DNA of 64,000 bases from Raillietiella orientalis (taxonomy: Eukaryota), in contig JAYWIR010000003.1 of NCBI GenBank assembly GCA_036172245.1, positions 1 to 64,000 of the forward strand, written 5' to 3'. The stretch's first letter is position 1. Every line of letters starts with the position of its first letter. Shown piece after piece: positions 47,501-59,500 of this stretch. Under the pieces are notes generated by a model, which saw only the letters and a list, made by a program, of their open reading frames with translations, ran no database searches and was not told where the DNA came from. Position numbers and translations under genes: made by a program.

Positions 47501-50500
47501 TTACCTCGGCGCTTTTCGGCAGCCACTGCTCCTCCTGACTGCCCGTCGCCTCTGGCTGAGCCGGAGCGCCGGTCGGCCGACGGGCGACGCTCCCGCCGCG
47601 GGTCACGCATGCAGCCACGGTCACAGCTGGTCGGCGCTTTCCCAGTTCCTGGCTGCTCTCCTCATCCTCTTTCCTTCTCGTACGCCATCCCTCTTCCTCC
47701 TCTTCCTTCCTTCCATTCTTCGTCCGCTCTTCGCTCCACCAGCCTCCAGCTCATTAGGGGGAGAGGGGAGGTGGAGGAGACGGAAAGGCAGTGCCATCTC
47801 GCGTTGATCGCGAGAGCTTCCTTCTCCGGTCTCGCCCGTCCCAACAGGGCGGAGTTTTGCCGTTCTCGGGAAGTTCCCCCCCCCCCCTTCCGAGGTGCTC
47901 CGTCGGCCAGAGTCTTCAGGAGCGGAATATGTCGCTCTCCGGGAGTGGAAACCCCCCAGGTCATGTAGAAGAGGGCGCTCGTCGAAGGCTCTCCCCAGCC
48001 CGCGGGGAGTACCCCGGAGGGATGGGTTCGTTCCCGCGAATTCCCGCACCTTCCAGAGCTGACGCTGAGGAGGAGCGGGGAGAGGGTAGGGAAGGGGTTG
48101 GAGTGAGAGAAAGCAGGAAAGGAGAGGGGGATCCCGGAGAACATGCAGTCCCTATAGCAGATGTGTGTGGGGAGGACCTTGCAGCGTCTCCTGGGTTACT
48201 CCTCCTCCGGGGAGAGGAGAAGGGAAGCCGGAATTTCGCCCCTCGCCCCCTTTCTCTCCCGAGGTTTCTCACACGCGATCACGCCGCCGTCGTCTGACTC
48301 GAGTGGACCGACTTTCGCGTGGAGCCAGTTCGGAGGCGGCGGCGGTAATCCGCGGGAAAGAGGAAGGGCAGGCGGGAAAGGGCGCGGCCGAAATCTCGCG
48401 GATCTTCCTTGGGAGGCGAGCGAGCGCCTGTCCGGCCGAGGGAACCCTCCGACCTCAAGGAAGGGGAAGGGTGGAGGCGCCTGGCAGTGGATTGCACCCA
48501 GGATCTCCAAGGTCCAGCCAAGGCTCCGCTGACCTCTCCTAGCGAAGGCAGTAGCGACGCGGGGAGGAACACGAGGGAGGAGGAGGCTGCGAGACCCACC
48601 TCGTCCTCGCCATCCCCCGGTGGAGGGGCCACCGCCCCGCCGGGTTCGAGCTCAAGTGGGCAGGTGGTATCGGAAGCTCACGCCCAGTCTGACGCGCACG
48701 TCAGATTCCGAGGTGGCCACCGGGTCACGCCGCCGGGGCGTCTGCTGAAACGAGCAGAAAACTCAAGACAGCCACGGTAGGACGCGCGTGGTCACGTGGA
48801 TGTGCTCCACTGGACAAGGTATTGCCGGTTCGCAGCCAGACGGGTTCGCCTCAGTAGCAGGAAGGAAGGAGGAGAGCGGAGGGTGGAACAAAAAAAATAA
48901 AATAAAAAAATACATAAAAATAAATAGGTAAACTGTGGAGGGCAGGGAAGGGGTCACTGTTTGCTGGAGGGCGTCCTCTGCGTCCTCTCCAGGATGCCGG
49001 CGAGGTCTGTCTGGAGGGCGCCCACGCAGGGCCACCTGCGATCGTGAAAACGGAAAATGGAAAGAGAACTGCACGCTGCATGGCGTCCCTCGCGTTGGGT
49101 TAGCGTCGCTCCAGATCGCCGCAATCCCACAGATGCAGCTGTTGGGGCTGCTGCTGCTGGTGGAAGCCCCCCTCCCTCACGAAGAGGAACTTCAAAGTGC
49201 CCAGGCGATGTTAACCGGGATCCACAGGGTCTTCCCCAAGAGCCCCCACAGGAGCCGATGCGGTCCGCAAGCTGGCGCGGTCTGGACTCCCCAGCATCCA
49301 GTGGCGTCGACGGGTTTCGCAGGGAAGACAGCGCAGCAGCCGAAGTGCCGACTCCTGCCGCTTCGGAGGGAGGGAGCTGCTGTCCGCGAGCACTGGCAGC
49401 CATTCCAGGTCTTCCTTAAGGATGCCGAGCAGCTCTCCTCAGCGTGCAAATCCACGTGAAAGGGCGCTCGGGATCGCAGCGTTCGCCGAGTGCCCCGTAG
49501 TCCACGCACTCAGTTTCCGCCTGCCTGCGATCTCACGGGAGACTCCCCACCTCGGCGGTTGGCTGCTGCCGTTCGCTTTCCTCAAGGACGGCAGCACTGC
49601 GGCAGGGGGGGGGGGGGATTAGGTCAGGTTGGCCCACACGCGCTCACGCTAGGACTCTCCAGGATCTCCCGCAGCGAGCGGCTGGCGTGGATGTCGAGAC
49701 GCAGCCGGCTCTGGGTACTCCTTCAGCCCCGCCCAGGTGGCAGCTGTTTCTTCCGGCTAGGGCGCAGGGATTGGAGGAGGGGGAAGGCAAGACAGCAGGC
49801 CGTCCGGCCATTCCCTCCCCCCCACTCCATTAGTGTGGCCAACGGACCCGGAGGGGGATCCGCTCTTTCCCACCTTTCGACTGCGGCGCGAAGAGTGGGA
49901 CGAGCGATCCTTTGGCTCCGGCGGCGCAAGAAGACCCGGTTCTTCCCGAATCCCCAAAGCAGCTGGATCTCGCTTCGCTCCAGCGTCGGGAGATAGAGGC
50001 CACTGCTCCGAACAAGGGATACACGGATCCTTCAGCTGGACCGGGGACCAATGCCGGTGGCCCAAGGTGGGCGCACCGGAAACCGAGGGGGCTTCCGGTT
50101 GCCAAGATAACGCCGGCTCATGTACCTCCCTGGCGGCACTGCATAGGAACTGACTGGAATGGGCGCGTCGTGAGCGCCCCCTCTAGACGGGGCTCCCGTT
50201 GGGCAGGGTCCTGCAGCCGTGGGCCTCTCCGCCATCTCGTCGTCACGTCCTGAGGGATGCTGTTCGCTGGATCCTGTCCCTCCTTTTCCCCGGAAAAGAG
50301 AGGCACGGCATCCAGGAAAGATGTTGGAATGGGGCGGCGAAATCCAGGCATTCCTTCGCAGGTCCTCCAGGGCGGGCGCCGCGCTGGAGGACCTGCGATT
50401 CGGCTGAGCGCTGTGTTGTGCGCGTCCCAGGAGGTGTGGGAGGAAGAAATGCAGGCAGGGAGGCCCTCAGGCAGGTCATGGAGAGGGGATGCAGAAATGA

Positions 50501-53500
50501 TCCACTGCGCTCTCCCTCGGCTCTCTTGGTCGCTTGTCGTCCCCACAGGAGCGCATACGGGGTGCTCCGGACGTCTCCATGCGGTTTTCCCGGTTTCCCC
50601 AGCGCGAAGGCGGGACCACCACAGGACGCAGTCCCGCCTTCGAGCCGCGCCGGGACCGAGAGGACCCGGAAGACCTCGCGGTGTCCATCGAACTTCCTCC
50701 GGGTGATGGAGAAGAGAAGCCCGTATGCTGCCCCTCGCTCTCTTTCTCTCCCGAGGTTCCCCCTCCCCTGCTTCAATCCTCCTCTTTCCCCTACCCCGCG
50801 CGCCACCACTACGCTGTCGTCTGTTCCCAGCGGACAGGCTGTTGCGCGGAGCCGCTGCTGCCCGAGGCCCGTAGCCCAGAGGCCCGAGGGTCGCAGATGC
50901 GCCTGTCGATCGCCCCAGCCGCCCCTAAGTCTCTCGGGGACTAGGCGGCAAAGGGAGGGAGAGCTGCCCCGCGGCGCTTCCTCCTCTACCCCTTGGACGT
51001 GCCGGGGGGCATGCCAGGGTCGCTCCGTCACCTCCAGTTTCCTGCTCGAACCCGTCCGAGAGGGGCAGCAACCGAGGACGTGGGACTGCTGCACGCGCGC
51101 GCGTCCCGGAAGCGCGGGGTGATCCCGGCAGGGGGGGCATACGCTGAGCGCTCGGAACACTCGAAAACACGGAATGTCCTGGGAGGTGCTGCTCCCTCGC
51201 GACTCGCACGGGAGGCATCCCTGGTGGTTCTCTCCCTCGCTCCTCCTCTGTCCCCTGGTGGGCTGACTGCCCCCATAGAGACCCCACGACAAAAAAACCA
51301 CTCGACCTTCGTTTCGTCTGTGCAGCAGAGGGCGAGTTCCAGCGATGTGGTCGGACCACGTGGAGCGGTCCTTCGTCTGAGGCGGCGGAGCATGGTTCCA
51401 CGTGGTCACGAGGGACGGGAGCAGGGGCAGGGATCCCTTTGAACATCCTTGGGTCCCTGTCTGCAGGGTTTCGGAGTGGATCAGGTGAAAGGAATGCCGC
51501 CTCCGCAGAGCAGTGAGGTCGGTGGGAGGAGAGGCTCTGGAGTGGCTCCGCGTGGTTGCACTCGTGCCCTTTGCCCCTTTCTCCTCCCCTTTAGCACACA
51601 GTCTCCAAGGAGGCAGCAGTCGGCAGGAAATCTCGCTAGTTCTCAGGCAGGTGAGTCCGCAGGGATCTGCACCGCTCCCGACAGAGGCGACAGCATGTTC
51701 CGCGTTGTTCCCGACCTCCGCCCACGTCATGCAGATCCCTGCGTTCTTGGGGTAGTCCTGCTGCCCTGGCGGCGGAGACCGGTGGCGACGCCGACAGTCC
51801 TCTGGAATCGCCGAACCTTCGACGTCCATGCGTTCTTCCCTTGAGCGCGCCCACCGAGTGGCCCGGGTGGAGCAGGCATCGGCTTTGCGCCGCCTCCCCC
51901 CCCCCCTCTCTCTCTTCAAGCGTGGATGCCGTGTGTGAGACGAGTGCACGCCACGAGCGCGCATGCGCCCGCGGCGTGCGGGCGGCTCGGCTCACCGCCT
52001 CGGAGCACGCGCGAGGTGCTCCGAAGCGCTCTGTGTTGGTTGTTCCTCCCCATCCAAGGTGAGAGTCATGAGAATTCAGCTCGTGGGAGCCGCCAATTCT
52101 GAAGAATAGGGAACGCGCAAGGTCGTGGCAGTGGAGGGGAAAGGGGGGAAGGAGAAAGGAAGAGAGGAGGAGGAAAACAGAAACCAAACCTCTTCCTTTC
52201 TAATTTGCTCCCGCTGTAGCACGTCCTCGCCACCGTCCAGTATTAAGCGGGGTTTCAGGAGGGCCAAAAGTTTCCATGGTACGGGCGCTTTTCTCCTGCT
52301 TTCCTCTCTGGCAGCCTCTCCGGGTTACCAGAGAAGCGCCAGGGGCGCCCATGATTCGCTGCGGGCGCGGTCCCCGACGACTGCCGAAGGGACCGTGGAG
52401 GATCTGCTGGCGCGCGGCGGCCTCGCCGCCGCAGTCGGCAGCTGCGGCGCTCCTCACCGCTCACCAACCCGGGTCTTTACAGTATCCGCGAGCTGGCAAG
52501 CGTCTTCACCTGAGAGGCAGCCTCCGCCGCCGCAGGGACAACCATGACCAGCCAGCGGCACCGGGGGGCTCGCTCGGATGCTCCGCTCCTCTCCTTACCG
52601 GTTCGCGGGCAGACTAGACGTCTCTTCCCGCCTTCCCCACGCAGCCCGAGCGACCTTCCCGCAGGACCATCCCGGCTGCGTCTAGAGGACGGACTCGGCG
52701 GAGACACCGGGAGGCTGCGAAAGCGTCTCCGCGACTGCTCCTTGACGAATCCCTCTCGCTCACCCTCCAGGAACGAATTCTCGCCCCCCTCCCCTCTTTT
52801 TTCTGGAAAATTGCGTGAAGCCTGCCGTTACCCTTTCGAGTCCCATCAATCACGAGGACGTCGTCCCGCGACGGTCCCTGGAGAGGAAAAGGGAGGGAGG
52901 GGAGGGGGGGAGGAAACCCGAGGCGAAGGGGAAGGAATGGCGACGGGAACTCTATCCTGGGAGAGCAGGAGATACGAGTGTGAGCGCGCGGGCATTGGCA
53001 TGGCAACTGTCCTAGGAGCGCGGGTGCGTCCTCCGTCGCGGACAGAGCCGGGGCCCCTGAGAAATGAAGGAGCGGGAAGATGTCTTTCCGCGGGTCCCAC
53101 GGGTTCCCAGAGGATCCATTGAAAGGCGAGGAGGGGAAGGGAGGGCTGCGCTCGCCCTTCCGTGCGCATCCGCTAGCTCCCTCCCCCCGCGACCCGGCAG
53201 AGAGGCCCAAAGAGGGGCCAGCGGACTGGTTCAGAGCGACACTTTGGGGGTCTTCCTGGAAGGAGGCTTTGGAAGGTGCCTGGGAAAAGGAGCAAGGCGG
53301 ACGGCAGGAAGCTTTCCCTCCAGGGAACGAGAGGAACTACCTGGAGGGGAGGAAAACCTCCCTCAGCGAGTCCGAAGGAATCGCTGGCGGCAGGGCGCGG
53401 CTTCCGAGGGCATGCCTTCCAAGGTCTTGGCCGACCGCTTCGGGCGGTGGCACCAGCCGAGTTGATTCGGCGGCGGCCGTCCACCAGGGTGCTGTGCGAC

Positions 53501-56094
53501 GGTGCTGGAGGCGCCCCTCTCTGCTACCTCCTCCCCAGGACAGCGGTACAACGACCCAGGTTACGGTGGACGCGCGACCCCATTTCGCAAGTCGCAGGCG
53601 GTTCTTCACGAGATGTCGAGGAGGTCGACCTCTCGGCGACAATGGTGCCAACACCTCGTGGCCAGCGTTGCGCGTGCCCCAGGACGAGACGAGAGGGGAG
53701 AGATCCCAGCATCTTTCCAGCATCCGCCTACCGAAGTTGTCTTCTGGACCGCAGCGGAGGACTGGAGCTGTACGGAGACCCGCACCTGGACGCGTGTGCC
53801 GACGGCTCCCTCAGTCAGGCCTTGGGTCCCATTCAGCCCCACGGGGCTATCCTCAAGAGACTCTCGGCCACTGCTTTCGCATCTCGCGATGGACGGGAAG
53901 GGAGTAGACAAGAAGGGAGCGGAAGGTGTGTCCTGGGTCACGTCCCCCGGGCGGATGAGTAGCGGGGAAACAGATCGGGCAGTTTCCCGGCTTGCTGGAG
54001 GCAACGGGGAGTCCCGGAAGTGCACCCACCGCGATCCTCGGTGATCCTCATGCATTCCTGCCTAGTCCCGATGCTCCTGGGGTCGCAGCTCCCTTTCTCA
54101 GACGGGATGGATGGGGTGAGGGCGCTGAAGTCTCCTTCAGTTCCGATCCCCTCCCCTCCTACCCTGCCGGCCTCTGAGCATCCCCGTTTTCGCCGGGAGA
54201 GCTGACTGGTCGTCTTGGAAGGCGTTCCCGCTTTCCCGATACGTCCAGTGCGGTTGACCGAAGTGATGGCGCCACGAGAGGTCAGCAACGGCTCCCGGCA
54301 AGAACTCAAGTCGCTCGACGGATTTCCTGTTGTGCGCACAGCAGTGGGGGAGGGGATAGAGGTCAAGTTCACTGGGGCGGCGACGACTGTTACCGGGACG
54401 ACCCAAGGATAAAGGCGACATGCGTTTACCCTGGGGCGAAGACAAGGTCCTCATGATACCACCATTCGACGCGTGCTTACACCATTTTTTGATAGCGACA
54501 GGCACGCAGGAGGAGCCTGACCGAGGTCCTCCTGGTCGCTCCTTCCCCCGTGAGGCTCGGGAGGGGGGGGAATCTTCTGGGAAGCGCGTTCCTGAGGTTT
54601 CAGGGGCATGCGGTGCCGTGGGCAACGGAGGGCAGCCCTCGGCGGCAACTGTCGTGCGGAAGAGCTGGATGACTGACGAAGCTGCAGGCCCCCACTGTCC
54701 GCGCCTTCTTCTGCCTCTTTCGGGATTTCGGGATCTTCGGACCAGTACCTCTCGACGCTCCGATCGGGGAAGGGGGGGGCAGGAAGAAGGGCCGCGACGT
54801 GGGGGAATGGGGAGCCCGATGGGGAGACGTGAAAGGTGAGAGCTCGCTTCGTGTAGAAGTTTGGTCTCTTCCACGTTCCAGCGCGGCTGCCTCTGATCAC
54901 TGCATCGGGCACCTCACTAGTCCTTCCAGGAATGACGTTCTACAGGTTCTCCGGGAATGCTCGAACGCGGCTGTTTTGTAATCTCTAGCGTTCCGCGGGA
55001 TGATCGAAGGAAAGAGGTCTATGCAGTTGCCCCCCGTCCCTCCTTTCCTTTCGGATCCCCTTTTCGTGGCGGGTTCCAGGACCAAGCGAGCTCCAGGATC
55101 CGTTGAATACACAGGAGCTCGCAGGCAAGGGGACGGCGTAATCGTAAATCGTACGACACGTGTCCACCGGTGACCTGCCGAACGCACGCACGCACACGTC
55201 CGGAGCTGCTCTCCCAGCACAGGGCGCGAGTTGACCGAGTCCTTTCCGTAGGGCACCACCATGCGGCACGCACGGGTCTTCCCGTTTCGAAAAGTGGGAG
55301 TCGAGTCGACGACGGACGAGGGCTGAATGCAAGAAGCATACGAAGCTGAAAAGCTCCGGAGACTGCTCCAGAGTCTCCCTTTTAAGCACAAGGACAGCTC
55401 TCCTGTCTTCCCTCAGGAATTCACTTTTAGTGCTCGTCACGCCGCTTTTCTTCTCCCTCCTGTCTGTCGTTTCTTTCTTTTCTTTTTTTTTTTACTTTCA
55501 GCTGCGAAAACAAAAAAAAGGTCCTCGTGTTTTTACACTCACTGTTTTTTCTTTCTTTCTTTTTTTTGTGTGTCGATCGGCGGCTCGCTCTCCAAAATGC
55601 TGATCGATAGGCTCGAGCTGATTTTCTTTTCTGAAAATCGGATGCCATGAATCATAGCACACACGTGTACGATGTATGTATATATAAATAAATTCTCTGA
55701 TGTATCTGGAATCCCTCCTTCGCCACAACAACATCACAAAAGGGATGCAGGAGTGTTCTGGTTTTTGCTATGGGCTAAGATCCTAATTGACCGTAAATGC
55801 TTATTAATAACGTACACGTGTGCAAAAGGGATCCAATTTCCACGGTTGCCCTGGCAATTAGCGCAAACTAAAAGACTTCTTCTCGAAACACATTTTTTTC
55901 TTTTCTTTTCTTTAAAAAAAAAAAGAGAAAAAAAAGAGAAGGGAAAAAAAAAAGGCAGACTTCCTGTGTTTACCGATCTTTCCTAAGATAAAATCGGATT
56001 ATCGAAGAACAATTTCCAAGAAACTATCAAGAGCGTTCAGCCACTTGCGATTCACGGTTCGCGGAACTGAATCATTTCACGTGACTGCAATGTT

Positions 56095-56222
56095 AAAAAG
56101 AAGAAAAAAAAGAAAGAAAGGAAAAAAAAGAGAGAGAAAAGAAAGAAAGAAAGAAAAGAAAACGAAGGAGGGGGGGGGGGAGAGAGGAAGAAGAAGAAGA
56201 AGGAGGGAAAAAAAAAAAAAAA
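56095..56222. repeat. A/G-rich polypurine low-complexity tract
   Basis: AAAG/GAA/G runs, directly visible. Confidence 0.8.
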
Positions 56223-56482
56223 TACTCTCTGGTTACTCAATGCAGAAAGCTTCTCCCTCGCGCCGCCAGGGCGGACGGATCTTTACTTAACATTCCTGAG
56301 CGAAGTGCACGGCATTTCAGTGTTCGGCTTGTGAGTGATGGTGGTGTTTCGTGATGGGGATTATAAGCATGCAGCGACTGCCAGCAGCACTCTTGGCTGC
56401 CAAGTGACCGCATAATTTCTTTGCTAGATACCGCTCGCGGATCCAGTCTCCTCCCCAGCTCCCGGCCGACCGTTCTCGCGGA

Positions 56483-56506
56483 GCTGCTGCTGCTGCTGCT
56501 GCTGCT
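56483..56506. repeat. (GCT)8 microsatellite
   Basis: Directly visible. Confidence 0.85.
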
Positions 56507-59500
56507 AGCAGACGTGTGTGCTCCTCTCCTCTTTTCTTTCTTTTTTTTTTTTCCTTCTTCCTTTTTCTGGAAGTTTCTCGTAATCCGATACGAATCTGGT
56601 CTCGATTGTGCTCCTTTCGTTTGCGAGGTGGATGAGGACAGAGAGAACCGCTCGGCCAGTTTTCCTCCCCCGTTTCTTGTCCAGATGTGCGCTGAGAGAG
56701 AAGCCTCGGCAAGAGTGAGTACCCGGGGAAGCTGGGAGCGTGCTCTCGACTTCCGCGATCGCGTCAATTTGTCGTAGGTGAACCTCGGCATGGACTCCTA
56801 ATCGGCTGTGGCCGCAGGGGAGCCGGAGACCAGCAAGTCAGTCGTACTCGAGGCGTCGTGCTGCGTTTCCCTTTGTGCGTACGCACGTTTGGACTTACTT
56901 TCCCTCCCCCCTCTCCCTTTTCCTCCCCACCTGCAGAGAGGAAGGAGGCAGTCCCTATGGATATTGCGGAAGGAGAGGAGATCATCATAGAAGAGGTAAG
57001 GCCACCACCATTTTCGGACCCACCTCGCCGAAGCGGGCGCTGGATCTGCCCGATGCGTCCAAGGAGTGGGTCCTCCTCCCGGCGGGCGCATGCGCGGCGA
57101 CGAGAACGTTCGGGAGGGCTCCTGGCGGGCCCGTTCCGGCTTTCGCAGCGGGAGTCTTTGCGTGTGCCGCCGCTGCTGCTTCCGGCCAGTGCGGTCGTTT
57201 CGCGAACATCCACGGAGGGGGAGGAGGAGTTGGGGAAAGGAAGGGGAGGGCGTTCGCTCCTCCGGGGTCAGCCGGGGACGACGGCGATACGCGGCGTTTC
57301 CCCGGTCCGGACTCGCGCCTTCTCGGGCGATGTTCTGCGTTCCGGCCAGGGGATCCCTGCCAGCACGGGCTTTCCAAGCTTCCCGAGAGGTCCCCCTCTC
57401 CCCCTTCCCCAGGATCGGGTTGCTGTGATTCCCCTTGGAGACCGCGTTGTTTCCCTCGTCTCCCGCCGGTTGGCATGGAGCCGTGAGGTGGCGAGCGCTT
57501 TTTCTACGATGCTCGCATCCTACTCAGCGCCCTGCTCTCCCTTCCCTCACCCGAACCTCTCTGCGGCAGCTCTCGCGTTTCCGTCACAGCAACCTCGATC
57601 TCCTCTCCTCTTCACCTCCCCCCCTCCCCTTCAATTTTTCTGCTTCCTGACTTGTGAACGGGGGAACCGGCGCGCGTGCCAAGCTTCGGGGTGATGACGG
57701 CTTACCACATGCTCCGGGAGCTGCCAAGACGACACCCAAAGAGAACACCAGGTTTTCGCCGGCGCAATCTTCGGCAGAGTGACGTCACTCAGATACTTTC
57801 TTGACGAGCTTCCCTTGTTCTGAGGCGGCAGCTTCCTCCTCCTCCTCCTTTCTCCTGCTTCGCCGGTTACTCCCCCTCCTTCTCTCCACGTCGTCCTCCC
57901 ACTTCCCGCGTGACGACGTCCAGCGCGCTTCTTTGGGAACGGAGAGAGAGCGCGTCGCTGGCGTCTTTTCTTTTTTTTTTTTTTCCATTCTCTTTTTGCC
58001 TGGCTCCACGAAGGAGTCCCCCGTCTGCTGCAGCTGCTGTGCGCGCGCATCCCGAGTGCGCGGGTCTCTTCGACCCACTCCCTCTGTCGCTCTTCTCCCT
58101 GTAACCCTCGCTGCACTCCCGCGCGAGGCGGGCTGGAAGTGTCCGCCCGTCTTCCCAGCTAGGATGCCCGGAAGCCTCAGGGTCGCTTCCTCCCCCCCTT
58201 CCTCTGCTCCCTCGGTTTTTTTCTTCGTTCTTTCTCCCCCACACCTTTCGAGAGCTCGGCTGGCGGGCGGGCGGGAAGGCTGCCGGCCCAACGGCGAGCC
58301 TGTTTCGGAAAGCAGCGCGAGCGCGTGCGCGCGTTGCCCAGAAGCGGCCAGCGTGGGAGAGCACACTGCGGACGCCGTCGGCGGGGAAACCGGCCCGCAT
58401 CTGTTCGTCCAGGATTCGAAGTGGGAGAGGGGAAGGTCTGGGGAGTGCCGAAAGGGGAAACATTCCCGTGGTGACCGTCCGCCTCTCCCTGCTCAGACGC
58501 GCCGTGGAGAGATCGAGGCTGCCGCCGCCGTGACGTCATCCCCTCCTCGAGCGCGCGCCAAGGGATTCCAGACCCTGTCTCCCTCGTCCATCCACCGAAA
58601 ATCACCCGCGGCCTCCCTTCTCTCCCCCCATGGGTGCCTTGGAAGCTGTCCCTCCTCCTTCCTGCCCCCCGGGTGGCACCACTCGCGCGTGCTGGCACGA
58701 GGGCCACGAGTGCCTGTTGGCAGGATGTGGTTGCCCGGCGACGTCCCCTCCTTCCCCTTCTTCGCTCGGCGGGCAAACGTCGCTCGGAAGGGTTGCTGCC
58801 GTTGCAGCTGGAGGTGGCACAGCGGCGCCGGCGCCGGCCTCAAAAAGACAGCGGTCGCGCCGGCGCGTGCTCGGCTGCGTTCTCACTCTCCCTCGCCGCG
58901 CTGCCGGCGCGCGCTTTTGCCGAGGTCCGCCAGGCCTGCCTCAGGCGTCTTCGAGGAGGCGCCAGGCAGCGCGTGCGCGTCCGAGAAGGGCTCGACGCTC
59001 CAATCTCGTTAGGGGTCAGCTCGCGTGTCGAGCTCGCGGACCGCTGGGGGCTCTCGCTTGATTTCGCCCATCCTCCCTCGCGCTGGTGTGTTTTCTCTTC
59101 TTCCCTTCTGCCGACGCAGCGATCCGGGACCCTGCATGAGGCTGCGCCGAAGTTTCCCGGGACAAAGCTCCTCCCGAAGGGGAAGGATGGAGGGAAGAAG
59201 AGAGAAGTCTTCCTCTGCAGGCGCCTGGATGCGGCGGTCTTCGACCTTTGCAACGAGGCACCGGATGCGGGCGCGCTCAGCGGCGCCAGCGAAAGTCTGG
59301 TCTCTTCCTCCCCTTCTTCTCGCCTTGCTCGGAGAGGAAGCGGCTCGGGAGACCTGGCCGACAGCGCCCGCAGCATCATTACCACCGGCGAAGGACAGGA
59401 CTAAAGGGGAGCGAGGGGAGCGAACAGGATGCCGCGCCGCTGCCGTCACCACGGAGCCGAGCGGGAGGTGCTTGAGCCTGCGGGGGTTACCGGGCATCCG

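Noticed and set aside
38078..58540. TGACGTCA (CRE) palindromes at ~38079, ~38203, ~57780 and ~58531
   Set aside because: No associated gene or TSS visible; cannot be distinguished from chance in CpG-rich DNA.
45228..59404. Long ORFs in the GC-rich block (e.g. 45228-46517, 50243-51964, 57801-59012)
   Set aside because: R/G/P/S/A-rich, overlapping in several frames, no recognisable motif; expected from stop-codon scarcity at high GC.
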